The notes under the pieces: model-generated | Told to the model about the DNA's origin: nothing | Databases searched by the model: none | What the model saw: the letters and a program-made list of their open reading frames with translations, nothing else | In this document: positions 19,585-30,135 of the stretch, piece by piece | Layout: the number at the start of each line of letters is the position of its first letter | Numbering within the stretch: position 1 is the stretch's first letter | Source of the DNA: Dehalococcoidia bacterium | GTDB lineage: Bacteria; Chloroflexota; Dehalococcoidia; Bin125 | Reading direction: 5' to 3' | NCBI GenBank assembly: GCA_963662615.2 | Contig: CAXXSR010000001.1 | Span: forward strand, 1,943,984-2,007,983 | Length of the DNA stretch: 64,000 nucleotides | Made by a program: the position numbers and the translations under genes

Positions 19585-21351
19585 TCATCTTCCGGCTCCA
19601 TAGACCCGCTCGGCCGGCGGCCAGTTCGTGATGACCACGTCCCGATAATCGATCCGCGGCGCTCCATCGGTTTTGAAAGCGAGCGAGTGCTTGAGCATCG
19701 TCTCGTCGTCGCGGTCCGGATGATCCCGGCGTTGGTGGGCGCCGCGGGACTCCTTCCGCTCCAGCGCCGAATGGACGACGGCTTCCGCGACGTCCAGCAT
19801 GAATTCCAATTCCAGCGCCGCCGTCAGCTCTGTATTGAAACTCAGGCTGTGGTCGTCCAGCGCCAGATCCTTGGAGCGCCCCTTCAAGTCGGCCACCTTC
19901 GCTGCAGCCAAGCGCAGCGATTCTTCCGTTCGGTAGATCCCGACTCCCGCTTCCATGGCCTGGGTCATTTCCGAGCGCACCGCGGCGATGCGCTCCTGCC
20001 CGCCGCGCTTGTTGATGAAGTCCCGCGCGATCCGCTCTTGTTCGGCTTCGGCCTGTCGCTTCAGCGCCGCTCCGTCGAACGTTGGGTGCTCCAGCGCCCA
20101 GCGCGCCGACCCCTTGCCGGCCCGCGCCCCGAAGACAAGCAACTCCGTCAGCGAGTTGGAGCCGAGCCGGTTGGCGCCGTTGATGCTGACGCAGGCGCAC
20201 TCGCCCGCTGCGTAGAGCCCGGGCAGGACCGTGGCGCCGTCGTTGTCCACGTCGACGCCGCCCATCATGTAGTGCACCACGGGCCGCACCGGAATCGGTT
20301 CGTATACCGGGTCAATGCCGCCGTAGTTCTTGGCCAGCTCCCGCACGAACGGCAGCTTTTTGTCGATCGTCTTCTCGCCCAGGTGGCGCACGTCCAGGTG
20401 GACGTAGGTTCCGTAGGGTCCTTCGAAGACGCGGCGCTTCTCTTCTTCGTGCACGAACGCCTGCGATAGCTTGTCGCGGGGCCCAAGCTCCATCGTTCGC
20501 GTCCGCGGATGGCTCGGGTCATGAACGTCCAGGGGCTCGCCCAGCCCATATTCGCTCAGGTAGCGATCGCCTTCGCTGTTCACCAGGATGCCGCCTTCGC
20601 CGCGGCACGCCTCCGTGATCAAGATGCCCGTCCCGGGGAGCCCGGTGGGATGGTACTGAACGAACTCCATGTCCTTCAGGGGAACACCGGCTCGATAGGC
20701 GATCGCCATGCCGTCGCCGGTATTGATGGAGGCATTCGTGGTGAACGGATAGACGCGTCCGCCGCCCCCCGTGCAAAGGATCACCGCCTTCGCCAGAATG
20801 GCCCGCATTTGGCCGGTCCGCAGTTCCATTGCCGTCAGCCCTTGGCAGCGACCGTCCTCTACGAGCAACCGGGTCGCGAACCATTCGTCGTAGCGGGTCA
20901 CGCGGGCGTACTTGAGCGAGGTCTGGAAGAGCGCGTGCAGCATGTGGAAGCCGGTTTTGTCGGCGGCGTACCAGGTGCGCTGAATTCTCATGCCGCCGAA
21001 GGGCCGGACCGCAACGCTGCCATCCGGCTCGCGGCTCCAGGGACAACCCCAATGTTCCAACTGGATCATCTCAGCGGGAGCTTCTTGGACGAACAGTTCC
21101 ACCGCATCTTGGTCTGCGAGCCAATCGGCGCCGCTAATCGTGTCGCGGATGTGGTCTTCCAAGGAGTCGTCGGGTTTGATCACGGCGGCGGCGCCGCCCT
21201 CGGCGGAGACCGTGTGGCTCCGCATGGGATAGACCTTGGAGACCATGGCGATGTCGAGGTCGGGGTAGGCTTCCGCCGCCGCAATGACAGCGCGCAGGCC
21301 GGCGCCGCCTCCGCCCAGGATCACAACGTCGTGTTGAATCGATTCCGTCAA
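19585..21351 (-). CDS. frdA: Fumarate reductase flavoprotein subunit
   Basis: [16 protein letters not shown] (covalent FAD His), [32 protein letters not shown]. Start placed at TTG 21351. Confidence 0.93.
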   Translation of the reverse strand: MTESIQHDVVILGGGGAGLRAVIAAAEAYPDLDIAMVSKVYPMRSHTVSAEGGAAAVIKPDDSLEDHIRDTISGADWLADQDAVELFVQEAPAEMIQLEHWGCPWSREPDGSVAVRPFGGMRIQRTWYAADKTGFHMLHALFQTSLKYARVTRYDEWFATRLLVEDGRCQGLTAMELRTGQMRAILAKAVILCTGGGGRVYPFTTNASINTGDGMAIAYRAGVPLKDMEFVQYHPTGLPGTGILITEACRGEGGILVNSEGDRYLSEYGLGEPLDVHDPSHPRTRTMELGPRDKLSQAFVHEEEKRRVFEGPYGTYVHLDVRHLGEKTIDKKLPFVRELAKNYGGIDPVYEPIPVRPVVHYMMGGVDVDNDGATVLPGLYAAGECACVSINGANRLGSNSLTELLVFGARAGKGSARWALEHPTFDGAALKRQAEAEQERIARDFINKRGGQERIAAVRSEMTQAMEAGVGIYRTEESLRLAAAKVADLKGRSKDLALDDHSLSFNTELTAALELEFMLDVAEAVVHSALERKESRGAHQRRDHPDRDDETMLKHSLAFKTDGAPRIDYRDVVITNWPPAERVYGAGR

Positions 21352-21711
21352 TGCCCCGCCCCAGATCCCGCGCAGCCGCCTAGGGCGGCCAACGAAGGAC
21401 AATCCTACGGCAACTTCGCCAGACTACAACCCGTGGGCGGCATCGCAACCATCGCGAAGCCGCACCCTCCCACCGGCATCCTACCGTGCCCGCTCACCCG
21501 GCCCCTTGTACGTGCCCGCTACGCCGTGAGGCGGTTCAGAGCGGCCACTCCGGGGGCGCGCACGGTGGTGATTCTCCCCGTAGGGCCCGGCCCATCGCGG
21601 ACTCCCGCTTGGACCCGCGGGCGGGCAAGCCAGTCACCGACCGACGGGATCCGGCGCCGTCGCGCGGCCGTATACTTCACTCCAATCAAATCCCCACGAA
21701 GAGGAGGCTAC

Positions 21712-22131
21712 GTGGCGGACGCTAATCTGGCTATCCGGGAATTTCTCAAGGGCCACCGGCTGGCGATCCTGGCGACCGGCCGCCGCGACGGCTCCCCCCA
21801 ACAATCGCTGGTGGCTTATCAGTTCAACGACCGGGATATCGTCATCAGCACTCGGGCGAGCGCCGCCAAGGTGAAGAACGTTCGGCGCCAAAGCGGCGTC
21901 TCCCTCTGCGTCACCGAGGGGCCGCAGAACGTCGTCGTCTACGGGCGTGCGCGGGTCATTGACGATCCGGAGACGGTCCTGGAATACCTTCTGACGCGCC
22001 TCGCCTCTCCTCGCCGGGGCGGGCGGCGAGACAGAGACGTGACCGCCAGAAAGGTGGAGGAAGAGACGCGTGTTGTTCTGGAGGTGGTCCCTGAGAAGTT
22101 CCTGCCCTCCAGACTGGCGGCACTGGAGTAG
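21712..22131 (+). CDS. PPOX-class (putative F420-dependent) split-barrel oxidoreductase
   Basis: LAILATGRRDGSPQ...KVKNVRR...VSLCV...VVVYGRA. GAGGAGG RBS before the GTG. Confidence 0.8.
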   Translation: MADANLAIREFLKGHRLAILATGRRDGSPQQSLVAYQFNDRDIVISTRASAAKVKNVRRQSGVSLCVTEGPQNVVVYGRARVIDDPETVLEYLLTRLASPRRGGRRDRDVTARKVEEETRVVLEVVPEKFLPSRLAALE

Positions 22132-22174
22132 CGCTTGATTCAGGTCGGACAATCGGACGAAGGCGGGCACACGC

Positions 22175-22978
22175 ATGTCAAGGGGAGCGCGGCCGCTGCA
22201 GTGCGATGGCGAGGATGATCGGTCGGAAGCGGCAGGGCGGTCCGCGGGCCGAGTCCGGCCGCCGCCCCTTGAGCGATCGATAGCTCCGAAATTGCATCGC
22301 CAGCGCGTCGTGATGGCCTGGAGCGGCGGCAAGGACAGCGCGATGGCGCTGCACGCGCTGCGGCAGCAGCCCGGGTGCGAGATCGTGGCGCTGCTGACGA
22401 CGATCACCGACGCGTACGACCGCATCAGCATGCACGGCGTGCGGCGAAGCCTGCTGGACCGTCAGGCGGCCGCACTAGGCCTGCCGGTGGAGGTCATCCG
22501 CCTCTCCGTGGACGCGCCCAACGACGAATACGAAGCCAAGATGCGTGATGTCCTCCGCCGCTATGCCCGGCGCGGAGTCACTGGCGTGGCGTTCGGGGAC
22601 ATCTTCTTGGAGGATTTGCGAGCGTATCGAGAGGCTCGCTTGGCCCAGGTTGGCATGGCCGGGCTCTTTCCACTCTGGCGGCGGGACACTGCGGACCTGG
22701 TTAACGAATTTCTTGCATTGGGTTTCCGCGCCATCGTAACGGCCGTGGACTCCCGTGCTCTGCCGCAGTCGTTTGCCGGCCGCAGCATTGATGCAGCGTT
22801 CCTGGCGGCGCTCCCTGCCGGCGTCGATCCCTGCGGGGAGAACGGCGAATTCCACTCGTTTGTCCACGCAGGCCCGATCTTCCGCGAGCCGCTCGAGGTT
22901 CGCACGGGCGAAGTGGTCAAACGCGATCGGTTCTATTTCTGCGACCTCCTCCCAGCGGAGGTGCCCACCGCGTCCTGA
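22175..22978 (+). CDS. Diphthamide-synthase-like (Dph6) PP-loop ATP pyrophosphatase
   Basis: WSGGKDS, RISMHGV, FGDIFL, DPCGENGEFHSFV. True start probably later (~22292). Confidence 0.85.
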   Translation: MSRGARPLQCDGEDDRSEAAGRSAGRVRPPPLERSIAPKLHRQRVVMAWSGGKDSAMALHALRQQPGCEIVALLTTITDAYDRISMHGVRRSLLDRQAAALGLPVEVIRLSVDAPNDEYEAKMRDVLRRYARRGVTGVAFGDIFLEDLRAYREARLAQVGMAGLFPLWRRDTADLVNEFLALGFRAIVTAVDSRALPQSFAGRSIDAAFLAALPAGVDPCGENGEFHSFVHAGPIFREPLEVRTGEVVKRDRFYFCDLLPAEVPTAS

Positions 22979-23218
22979 GCCAGGAAAACGGGTCCCACGC
23001 CTCTGACGGGGCCTGAACGGGAAAGTGCGGCGCCCGCAATCCGCCTTTTCGCCTCCTGGAGTGCCCTTCGCCGCAAGGCTCGCAAGCTCACGAGTCCGAG
23101 CCGCTACCATGGCCCGGCGACGGCTAGACTAGGCGTCCGTGCGTCGGCGCAACGGTGAAGCGCCTCCGGCGTCCCTCCACACGATGACGGCGTCCAGCGG
23201 ACTGAGAGGCGAAAGACG

Positions 23219-24856
23219 ATGAAGGTCGCAGCGGCAATCGCAGAGATTCTGAAACGCGAGGGGGTCGAGTTCCTTATCGGATACCCGGTCAATCCGATCA
23301 TCGAGGCCGCGGCCGCGGCGGACATTCGCACCATCATCGTGCGCCAAGAGCGCACTGGCCTGCACATGGCCGACGCCTTCAGCCGGCTCAACTCGGGGGA
23401 CCGCATCGGCGTCTTCGCCATGCAGCACGGTCCGGGGTCGGAGAATGCCTTTGGCGGGGTGGCGCAGGCGTTCGGCGACTCGGTTCCGATCCTCGTGCTG
23501 CCCGGCGGCTATTCACGGCGCCTGACGAACATCCCGCCCAACTTCAATTCGTTCGTCAACTACAAGCACATCACCAAGTGGTCGGAACAGGTGACGCTCG
23601 CCGAGGCGGTGCCCGAGGCGATGCGCCGTGCCTTCGCACAGCTGCGCAGCGGCCGTCCTCGCCCGGTGCTCGTGGAGATCCCGCGAGACGTCTTCGCCGA
23701 GGAGGTGCCGGAGCCGCTGGACTACGAGCCCAGCTTCTCTGCCCGCTCAGGCCCGGACCCGGCCGCGGTGGGCGAGGTGGCGCGCCTGCTCATAGAAGCG
23801 AAGCGTCCGGTCATCTACGCGGGCCAAGGCGTACATTACGCGCGCGCCTGGGAGCCACTGCGCGAGCTTGCCGAACTGCTCCAGATCCCGGTCACCACCA
23901 GCCTGCAAGGAAAGAGCGCGTTCCCCGAGAGCCATCCCCTCTCGCTTGGATCTGGGGGGCGTGCCATGCCCGGACCCGTGCACCATTTCTTGCACAACTC
24001 CGACCTGATCTTCGGGATCGGCTGCAGCTTCGCCCGCACCAACTTCGGCGTCACCATGCCCGAGGGAAAGGTCATCATCCACGCGACGCTCGACCCCGGC
24101 GACTTGAACAAGGACATCGCCGTCCAGCATGCGCTCGTCGGCGACGCGGCGCTGACGCTCGAAGCGCTCGTGAACGAGGCCCGCGATCTACTCAACGGCC
24201 GCCGTCGCGACGTCAATGGAGCGACAGTTGAGGAGATCAAGGGGGTGAAAGAACAGTGGCTGAGCGAATGGATGCCCAAACTGACATCTGACGAAGAGCC
24301 TCTCTCGCCGTACCGCGTCATTTGGGATCTGATGCACACCGTCGATCGGGATAAAACGATCATCACCCATGACGCGGGCAGCCCGCGCGATCAGCTGTCG
24401 CCGTTCTGGGAGTGCGACGAGCCGTTGACCTACATTGGCTGGGGCAAGACGACCCAGCTCGGCTCCGGTTTGGGGTTCGCCATGGGCGCGAAGCTCGCCC
24501 GTCCCGAGAAGCTCTGTATCAACGTCTGGGGCGACGCCGCCATTGGTTTCACCGGGATGGACTTCGAGACCGCCGTGCGCGAGCGCATTCCGATCCTCTC
24601 CGTCTTGCTCAACAATTTCTCCATGGCGATTGAACTCCCGGTGATGCCGGAAGCCACCAAGAAGTACCGCAGCACCGACATCTCGGGAAACTATGCGGAC
24701 ATGGCGCGGGCGTTCGGCGGCTACGGTGAGCGGGTCAGCGAACCGTCCGAAATCGTGCCCGCGATTCGCCGGGGGATCGAGAAGACCCGCGAGGGTGTCC
24801 CCGCTCTTCTTGAATTCCTTACCTCCAAGGAGCTTGAGATCTCGACGCCGGGGTAG
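23219..24856 (+). CDS. Thiamine-pyrophosphate-dependent enzyme (acetolactate synthase-like family)
   Basis: VRQERTG, HGPGSEN, RPVLVEIP and the GDAA...N TPP motif. Confidence 0.9.
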   Translation: MKVAAAIAEILKREGVEFLIGYPVNPIIEAAAAADIRTIIVRQERTGLHMADAFSRLNSGDRIGVFAMQHGPGSENAFGGVAQAFGDSVPILVLPGGYSRRLTNIPPNFNSFVNYKHITKWSEQVTLAEAVPEAMRRAFAQLRSGRPRPVLVEIPRDVFAEEVPEPLDYEPSFSARSGPDPAAVGEVARLLIEAKRPVIYAGQGVHYARAWEPLRELAELLQIPVTTSLQGKSAFPESHPLSLGSGGRAMPGPVHHFLHNSDLIFGIGCSFARTNFGVTMPEGKVIIHATLDPGDLNKDIAVQHALVGDAALTLEALVNEARDLLNGRRRDVNGATVEEIKGVKEQWLSEWMPKLTSDEEPLSPYRVIWDLMHTVDRDKTIITHDAGSPRDQLSPFWECDEPLTYIGWGKTTQLGSGLGFAMGAKLARPEKLCINVWGDAAIGFTGMDFETAVRERIPILSVLLNNFSMAIELPVMPEATKKYRSTDISGNYADMARAFGGYGERVSEPSEIVPAIRRGIEKTREGVPALLEFLTSKELEISTPG

Positions 24857-24867
24857 TCCGTCCGGGC

Positions 24868-24901
24868 CGCGCCTGAGCGCGTGATTTCGCGCTCAGGCGC
24901 G
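24868..24901. terminator. Perfect 14-bp hairpin between convergent genes
   Basis: CGCGCCTGAGCGCG-TGATTT-CGCGCTCAGGCGCG. Confidence 0.65.
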
Positions 24902-24983
24902 AGAGCGAGGCCAGCCCAAGAGCGCCGACGATTCCGCCCCGACGCCCGGCGAGTCTGGGCGCCGTGAACGTGCCGCCATCAGC

Positions 24984-27900
24984 TCAATCGCCGCTTGCTC
25001 CCGCCGCGGCGGTGCCGGCCATCTGGGCGCCGGCAAGGCGCGCGTACAAGCCGCCGCGGCCGATCAACTCATCGTGCGTGCCGGCCTCCACGACGTCCCC
25101 TTGGCTGAGCACCACGATCAGGTCGGCGTCGCGAACTGTCGAGAGCCGGTGCGCGATCACGAGGGTCGTCCGGTCGGACATGAGTTCGCTGAGCCCGTCG
25201 CGTACGAGCCGCTCGTTGAGCGCGTCGAGATGCGACGTGGCCTCGTCCAGGACGAGTACCGGCGAGTCCTTCAGAAGCGCGCGACCGATCGCGACGCGTT
25301 GGCGCTGGCCACCGGAGAGCTGCATGCCCCGCTCACCCACCGGGGTATCCAACCGCTCGGGCAGTGAGGCAACGAATTCGGTCAAGCCGCCCTGCTCCAT
25401 CGCGTCGCCCAGTTCCTTCTCCGTCGCATCGGGACGCGCGACAAGGAGGTTTTCCCGAATGGAGGCGTTGAAGATGTAGGTGTCCTGCGCCACCAGTGCG
25501 ATGCGCCCGCGCATCTCATCCAGCCGGTACTCGCGAAGATCGCTGCCATCCAGCGCGATGCGCCCAGTGGAGGGGTCCCAAAAGCGAAGGAGCAGATGCG
25601 CCGCCGTGGTCTTGCCCGCGCCGGAGGGGCCAACCAGCGCTATGGTGGCGCCCGGCCGCATTTGGAAGGTGACGCCTCGAAGCGCGGGCCCGGAGGCGTG
25701 CTCATAGCGGAACTCCACGCCATCAAATGCGGCCCTGGCCGGCTTTTCCGCCGACCCCACGACTCCGGGCCCATCCGTGACCGTCACCGTCTCGGCGTGC
25801 ACCGCGGCGAGACGCCGCGTTGCGCCCAGCGTGTCGCCGAGCCGGCGGCCGATCTGTGCGAGCTCCGTGATGGGAAGGAACGACCCCATGGCGAGCAGCG
25901 TCAGCAGCGGAACGGTCGTGGGCGCCAAGTCACCACTAGCGGCCATCGCCGCGCCGATGGACAGGACGGTGAGGCCCCCCAACCCCATCAACAACTCCAG
26001 CAACGCACGCTGCGCGGCGATTTGCCCATTGAACGCGACCCGCAACGGCAGGTACTCCCGCGCCAGCTCGTCAAATTCGCCTTTGCGGGCGGAGCTGCGC
26101 TGGAACACGACAATCTCGCGCATCCCCTGCAGCGTGTCGACCGCGTGGGCGTTGAGCGCGGCCAGGTTCGTGCGTGCGTCCGAGCCAAGCGTGTCAATGG
26201 AGACGCGGGTGAGGAGGGGGCTTGTCGCCGCCACCACGAGGAAGGGCAGTAACCCCAGCGCCAGTGGCCAGCCGAAGACCAGCAGCGTGATCAGCACGCC
26301 GGCCGGCACGACGATGGCGACGAAGGAGTTCGCGATCGTGTGCGCGAAGAAGTATTCCACGGTCTCCACGTCTTGCGTCGCCATCGCCACGAGATCGCCG
26401 GTGCGACGACGCAACAGGTAGCCCGGCGCAAGGCCATCTAGCTTCCGAAACAGGGCGATCCGCATCTCCGACAGCAGCCGGAAGGCAACATCGTGCGAGA
26501 TCCAGGACTCGAGCCAGCGGAACAGCGCCGACAGCACCGCAATCAGGATCAGCACCGCCACGAGCGCGCCGATGGGATCGCCATTGCGAACATTGGCGAC
26601 CATGAGCGCGCTAATCACTCCAATGCTGAGGAAGCCCAGAAAGTAGGACACCCCAAAGAGGAAGGAGCCCGCGAGCTTCAACCGCTGCGGCGCCACCAGT
26701 GACAGGAGCTCACGGACGGTCTCGGCCCAGCCCATGCCCTCTGCACGCAAGATGCCGTCCGTGGGCTCAAGCTCCGCCGCCTCGTCTCGCACAGCGACCT
26801 GCGCGTCCGCGGCGACAACGTCTGCCGCCGAGGTCGGCGGCGGCGTCTCGATCCGCTCGCTATCGAAAGCCTGGTCGGCCATCAGTTGGGCGTAGGCGCC
26901 GCCACCCGCGAGGAGTTGGGCGTGGGCGCCGGACTCCACGAGCCGGCCCTCCTCCAGCACGAGGATCTGCTTGCAGTCGATCACGCTGGACAGCCGATGC
27001 GCCATGATCAGCGTGGTCCGGCCCGCCATGAGGCGGCTCAGCGCCTCCTGGATCGTCGCTTCGTTCTCGGCATCCACACTGGAGAGCGCTTCATCCAAGA
27101 CAAGGATCGGGGCGTCGCGCAGCAGCGCCCGCGCGATGGCAATGCGCTGACGCTCCCCGCCCGACAGCTTCAGCGCTCGCTCGCCGACCGCGGTGTCGTA
27201 CCCCTGAGGCAAGCGGGAGATAAACTCGTGCGCGTTGGCGGCCCGCGCTGCCTCCTGCAACTCCGCGGGGGTTGCGGAGGGCCGCCCGAATCGCAGGTTG
27301 TCCGCCACGGTGCCGTGGAAGAGATACGTGTCCTGCGTGACGACGGCCATCTGGCTGCGGATCTGGTCGAAGCTGAGCTCGCGGAGATCGTGTCCGCAGA
27401 GCAGGATGCGCCCCTGCTGCGGCTCGTACATCCGCTGGACGAGCCACATCAGCGTGGTCTTGCCCGAGCCGCTGCGTCCTACGATTCCAACCCGATCCCC
27501 AGGCTCCACGTGGAAGCTGACGTCCTGGAGCGCCGGCCCACGCCCGCTGGGGTACGAGAAGGTCACACCGTCAAACTGGATCGACGGCCGCGAACCGGCG
27601 AGCGCGTGTCGCTCGCGCTCGACGTCGGCGACGGCCGGCTGCGCTTCCATCATATTGAACACGCCCTGGGCTGCAGAGATGCCCAGCAGGCCTTGGTGAA
27701 ACAGCAGGCTCAGCTCACGCAAGGGACGGAAGACCTCCAAGCCGAGCATCAGGATGATCAAGAGCACTTGGAAGTCCATGGCGCCGCTATTGACACGCGT
27801 GGCGCCCACTGCCAGCGCGACCGCGGCGCCAATGGCGATGCCGCCCACTGTGACGGCTTGCGTGGCGGAATTGCTGGCGAGCACCATCATGGTGGAGCGG

Positions 27901-28586
27901 AAGACCTCGTGGGCGCGATGGGCCAGCGCGTCGCCACGCGCCTTGCTCTGTCCGAAGGCTTTGAGCGTCGCGAGGCCTTGGATGGAGTCCAGAAAATCAG
28001 CTGCAAAGGCCCCGTAAGCCGTTCGTCGCCGCTCGCTGCTGGCCGCGTTGAGCCGGTGGAAGATCGACGGGATGATGAGGGCGAACAGAGCGAAGCCCAG
28101 GTAGATCCCCGCCGTAGGCAAGTCCAAGAACGCCATGAAGATGAAGATGCCAGCGGGCGCCAGAGCGGCGGTGAAGAATTGGGGCAGGTACTGCCCAAAG
28201 TACGTCTCCAGCTGCTCCACCCCCTCCACGAGGGTGGCGCTGACATCACCCGTGCGTTTCTGATCGAAATGCGCCGGCCCCAATTCGAGCGCCTTGTCGT
28301 ACAACCGCCGCCGCAGCGTGCGCTGCACAGCCGCGGCAGTGCGAACGGCGACCGTCTCCTTCCCGAATTGGAGGACCACGCGAAGGACGGTGACGCCGGC
28401 GATGCCGATAATGGGAGCAATGAGGGAGTCGATCGAGCGGCCGTCGAACACCCGCCCCACGAGCCAGCCGAGAAGAGCAAGGCGGGCAATGCCGCTCGCC
28501 GCCGCGGCGAGGCCGAAAAAGACGGCCAGGGCGATCCTCAGCCGGACGCCCTCGGTGTATTGCCAAAGGCGGAGGCTGAAGTACAT
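24984..28586 (-). CDS. Fused full-length ABC exporter (TMD-NBD-TMD-NBD, CydDC-like)
   Basis: Two Walker A motifs (GRSGSGKT, GPSGAGKT), two LSGG signatures, two LDEA motifs, two TM domains. Confidence 0.9.
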   Translation of the reverse strand: MYFSLRLWQYTEGVRLRIALAVFFGLAAAASGIARLALLGWLVGRVFDGRSIDSLIAPIIGIAGVTVLRVVLQFGKETVAVRTAAAVQRTLRRRLYDKALELGPAHFDQKRTGDVSATLVEGVEQLETYFGQYLPQFFTAALAPAGIFIFMAFLDLPTAGIYLGFALFALIIPSIFHRLNAASSERRRTAYGAFAADFLDSIQGLATLKAFGQSKARGDALAHRAHEVFRSTMMVLASNSATQAVTVGGIAIGAAVALAVGATRVNSGAMDFQVLLIILMLGLEVFRPLRELSLLFHQGLLGISAAQGVFNMMEAQPAVADVERERHALAGSRPSIQFDGVTFSYPSGRGPALQDVSFHVEPGDRVGIVGRSGSGKTTLMWLVQRMYEPQQGRILLCGHDLRELSFDQIRSQMAVVTQDTYLFHGTVADNLRFGRPSATPAELQEAARAANAHEFISRLPQGYDTAVGERALKLSGGERQRIAIARALLRDAPILVLDEALSSVDAENEATIQEALSRLMAGRTTLIMAHRLSSVIDCKQILVLEEGRLVESGAHAQLLAGGGAYAQLMADQAFDSERIETPPPTSAADVVAADAQVAVRDEAAELEPTDGILRAEGMGWAETVRELLSLVAPQRLKLAGSFLFGVSYFLGFLSIGVISALMVANVRNGDPIGALVAVLILIAVLSALFRWLESWISHDVAFRLLSEMRIALFRKLDGLAPGYLLRRRTGDLVAMATQDVETVEYFFAHTIANSFVAIVVPAGVLITLLVFGWPLALGLLPFLVVAATSPLLTRVSIDTLGSDARTNLAALNAHAVDTLQGMREIVVFQRSSARKGEFDELAREYLPLRVAFNGQIAAQRALLELLMGLGGLTVLSIGAAMAASGDLAPTTVPLLTLLAMGSFLPITELAQIGRRLGDTLGATRRLAAVHAETVTVTDGPGVVGSAEKPARAAFDGVEFRYEHASGPALRGVTFQMRPGATIALVGPSGAGKTTAAHLLLRFWDPSTGRIALDGSDLREYRLDEMRGRIALVAQDTYIFNASIRENLLVARPDATEKELGDAMEQGGLTEFVASLPERLDTPVGERGMQLSGGQRQRVAIGRALLKDSPVLVLDEATSHLDALNERLVRDGLSELMSDRTTLVIAHRLSTVRDADLIVVLSQGDVVEAGTHDELIGRGGLYARLAGAQMAGTAAAGASGD

Positions 28587-28826
28587 TCGCCGCTCATATC
28601 GCTAGAGACGCTGGATCACGCTGCGTTGACTGCAACGCAATCGTCTACAGAAATGATTCTATGTGCAGTTCCCGCAAGCGCCACCGAACTCCCGAAGGCG
28701 TTGCACCAGTGGGAGGGTGGCGCGGAAGCGATTATCATGCCTTCGCACCGGCCCAGGGGAGGCGGGGATCCCGTCGCCAACCGACCGGAGCGCGCGGCGC
28801 TCCCAGAGATCAGGAGGTGACACGAG

Positions 28827-29054
28827 ATGTGGCTCTCCACTGACGACAAGATGGAGACCATGCAACTCATCGCTCGCTACAACCAATCCATCGATCTGGG
28901 CAAGTTCGACGACCACGCCGGGACGTTCACGGAGGACGGCGTCTTCATTGGGATTATGGGCCGATTTCAGGGCCACGAGGAGCTGAGGCAGCACGCCGGC
29001 GCAGGCGACCCGATTGGCTCGTGCAAACCAGACCCCAGCACGGACGGCCTCTAG
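28827..29054 (+). pseudogene. Truncated SnoaL/NTF2-like protein
   Basis: QLIARYNQSIDLG...FTEDGVF...FQGHEELR, then similarity stops. AGGAGG RBS. Confidence 0.6.
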
Positions 29055-29857
29055 CCCGTGAAGATGCCGCCCGTGGGGAAGAGGATTTCGCCCGTGTAGA
29101 AGCTGGCTTCCTCCGAGGCGAGGAACAGGGCGGTGTTGGCGACATCCTCAGGCCGTCCGATGCGGCCCAAGGGCGACACGTTCTCGAGCCAGTTCTGCAT
29201 CACCGCTTCATCCCGCTGGATGTATTCGGACATGGGCGTGTCGATCAGCCCCGGCCCGATCGCATTCACCCGGATCTTGTGAGGCGCAAGCTCCACGGCC
29301 AGCACCTTCGTCAGCATCCAGACGCCGGCTTTCGAGGCGCGATAGTCGGCTGAGCCCGGCCTCACAGTCTTCGCCCCGTGGGACGCGATATTGATGATGG
29401 AGCCGCCCTTACCGGCGCCGATCATGCGCCGCGCGACGGCGCGTTCCGTCAACATGGTGCCGGTGAGGTTGACGGCAAGCACCTCTTGCCAGTGCTCCAG
29501 CGCCTTGTCCACGACGTGGCGGCCCAAGGCGCCGGCGGTGGTGGGGTCGTCGCCGCTGACATAGCCGGCGTACATGATCCCCGCGGCGGCCACCAGCACG
29601 TCGATGCGTCCGAACTCCGCGACGGCAGCGGCGGCCAGCGCCTCGCAGTCGTGCTCCTCCTTGATGTTCGTCAGCACGAAAATCGCCCTGCGGCCGAGCC
29701 GTTCCACCGCCTGAACCGTCTCCGCGCCGCGGCCGGCAAGGAGGTCGGCGACGACGACGTACGCTCCTTCCTCAGCGAAGCGCACTGCAGTCGCCCGACC
29801 AATGCCGCTGGCACCACCGGTGATCACCGCAATTTTGCCGTCGAGACGTCCAGGCAT
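29051..29857 (-). CDS. Short-chain dehydrogenase/reductase
   Basis: TGGASGIG, YRASK, IRVNAIGPG, GRIGRPED. Confidence 0.9.
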   Translation of the reverse strand: MPGRLDGKIAVITGGASGIGRATAVRFAEEGAYVVVADLLAGRGAETVQAVERLGRRAIFVLTNIKEEHDCEALAAAAVAEFGRIDVLVAAAGIMYAGYVSGDDPTTAGALGRHVVDKALEHWQEVLAVNLTGTMLTERAVARRMIGAGKGGSIINIASHGAKTVRPGSADYRASKAGVWMLTKVLAVELAPHKIRVNAIGPGLIDTPMSEYIQRDEAVMQNWLENVSPLGRIGRPEDVANTALFLASEEASFYTGEILFPTGGIFTG

Positions 29858-30135
29858 CTCTGGATCCTTCCGCTCCCCGAGGGCGCGGATGAATTCTAGC
29901 GATTCCCGCCTCCGACGGTGACCACAACTGGGCACGCGGCATCAGGCGCGGAGGGCGGCGGCGGAGACGCATGCCGCGCTGACCGGAGACTGAGCCCCAT
30001 GAAGCACAGAGGCCGAGTGACGGCTTCCTTCCTCATCTCTCGCCGCGCCTACCCATTTCGGTGATCCAGAACGTGCCACGACAGGCAATGCTGGGCGCAG
30101 AGATTCGTCCGCCAGTTGGTAGGAGAGGTGTCCCC

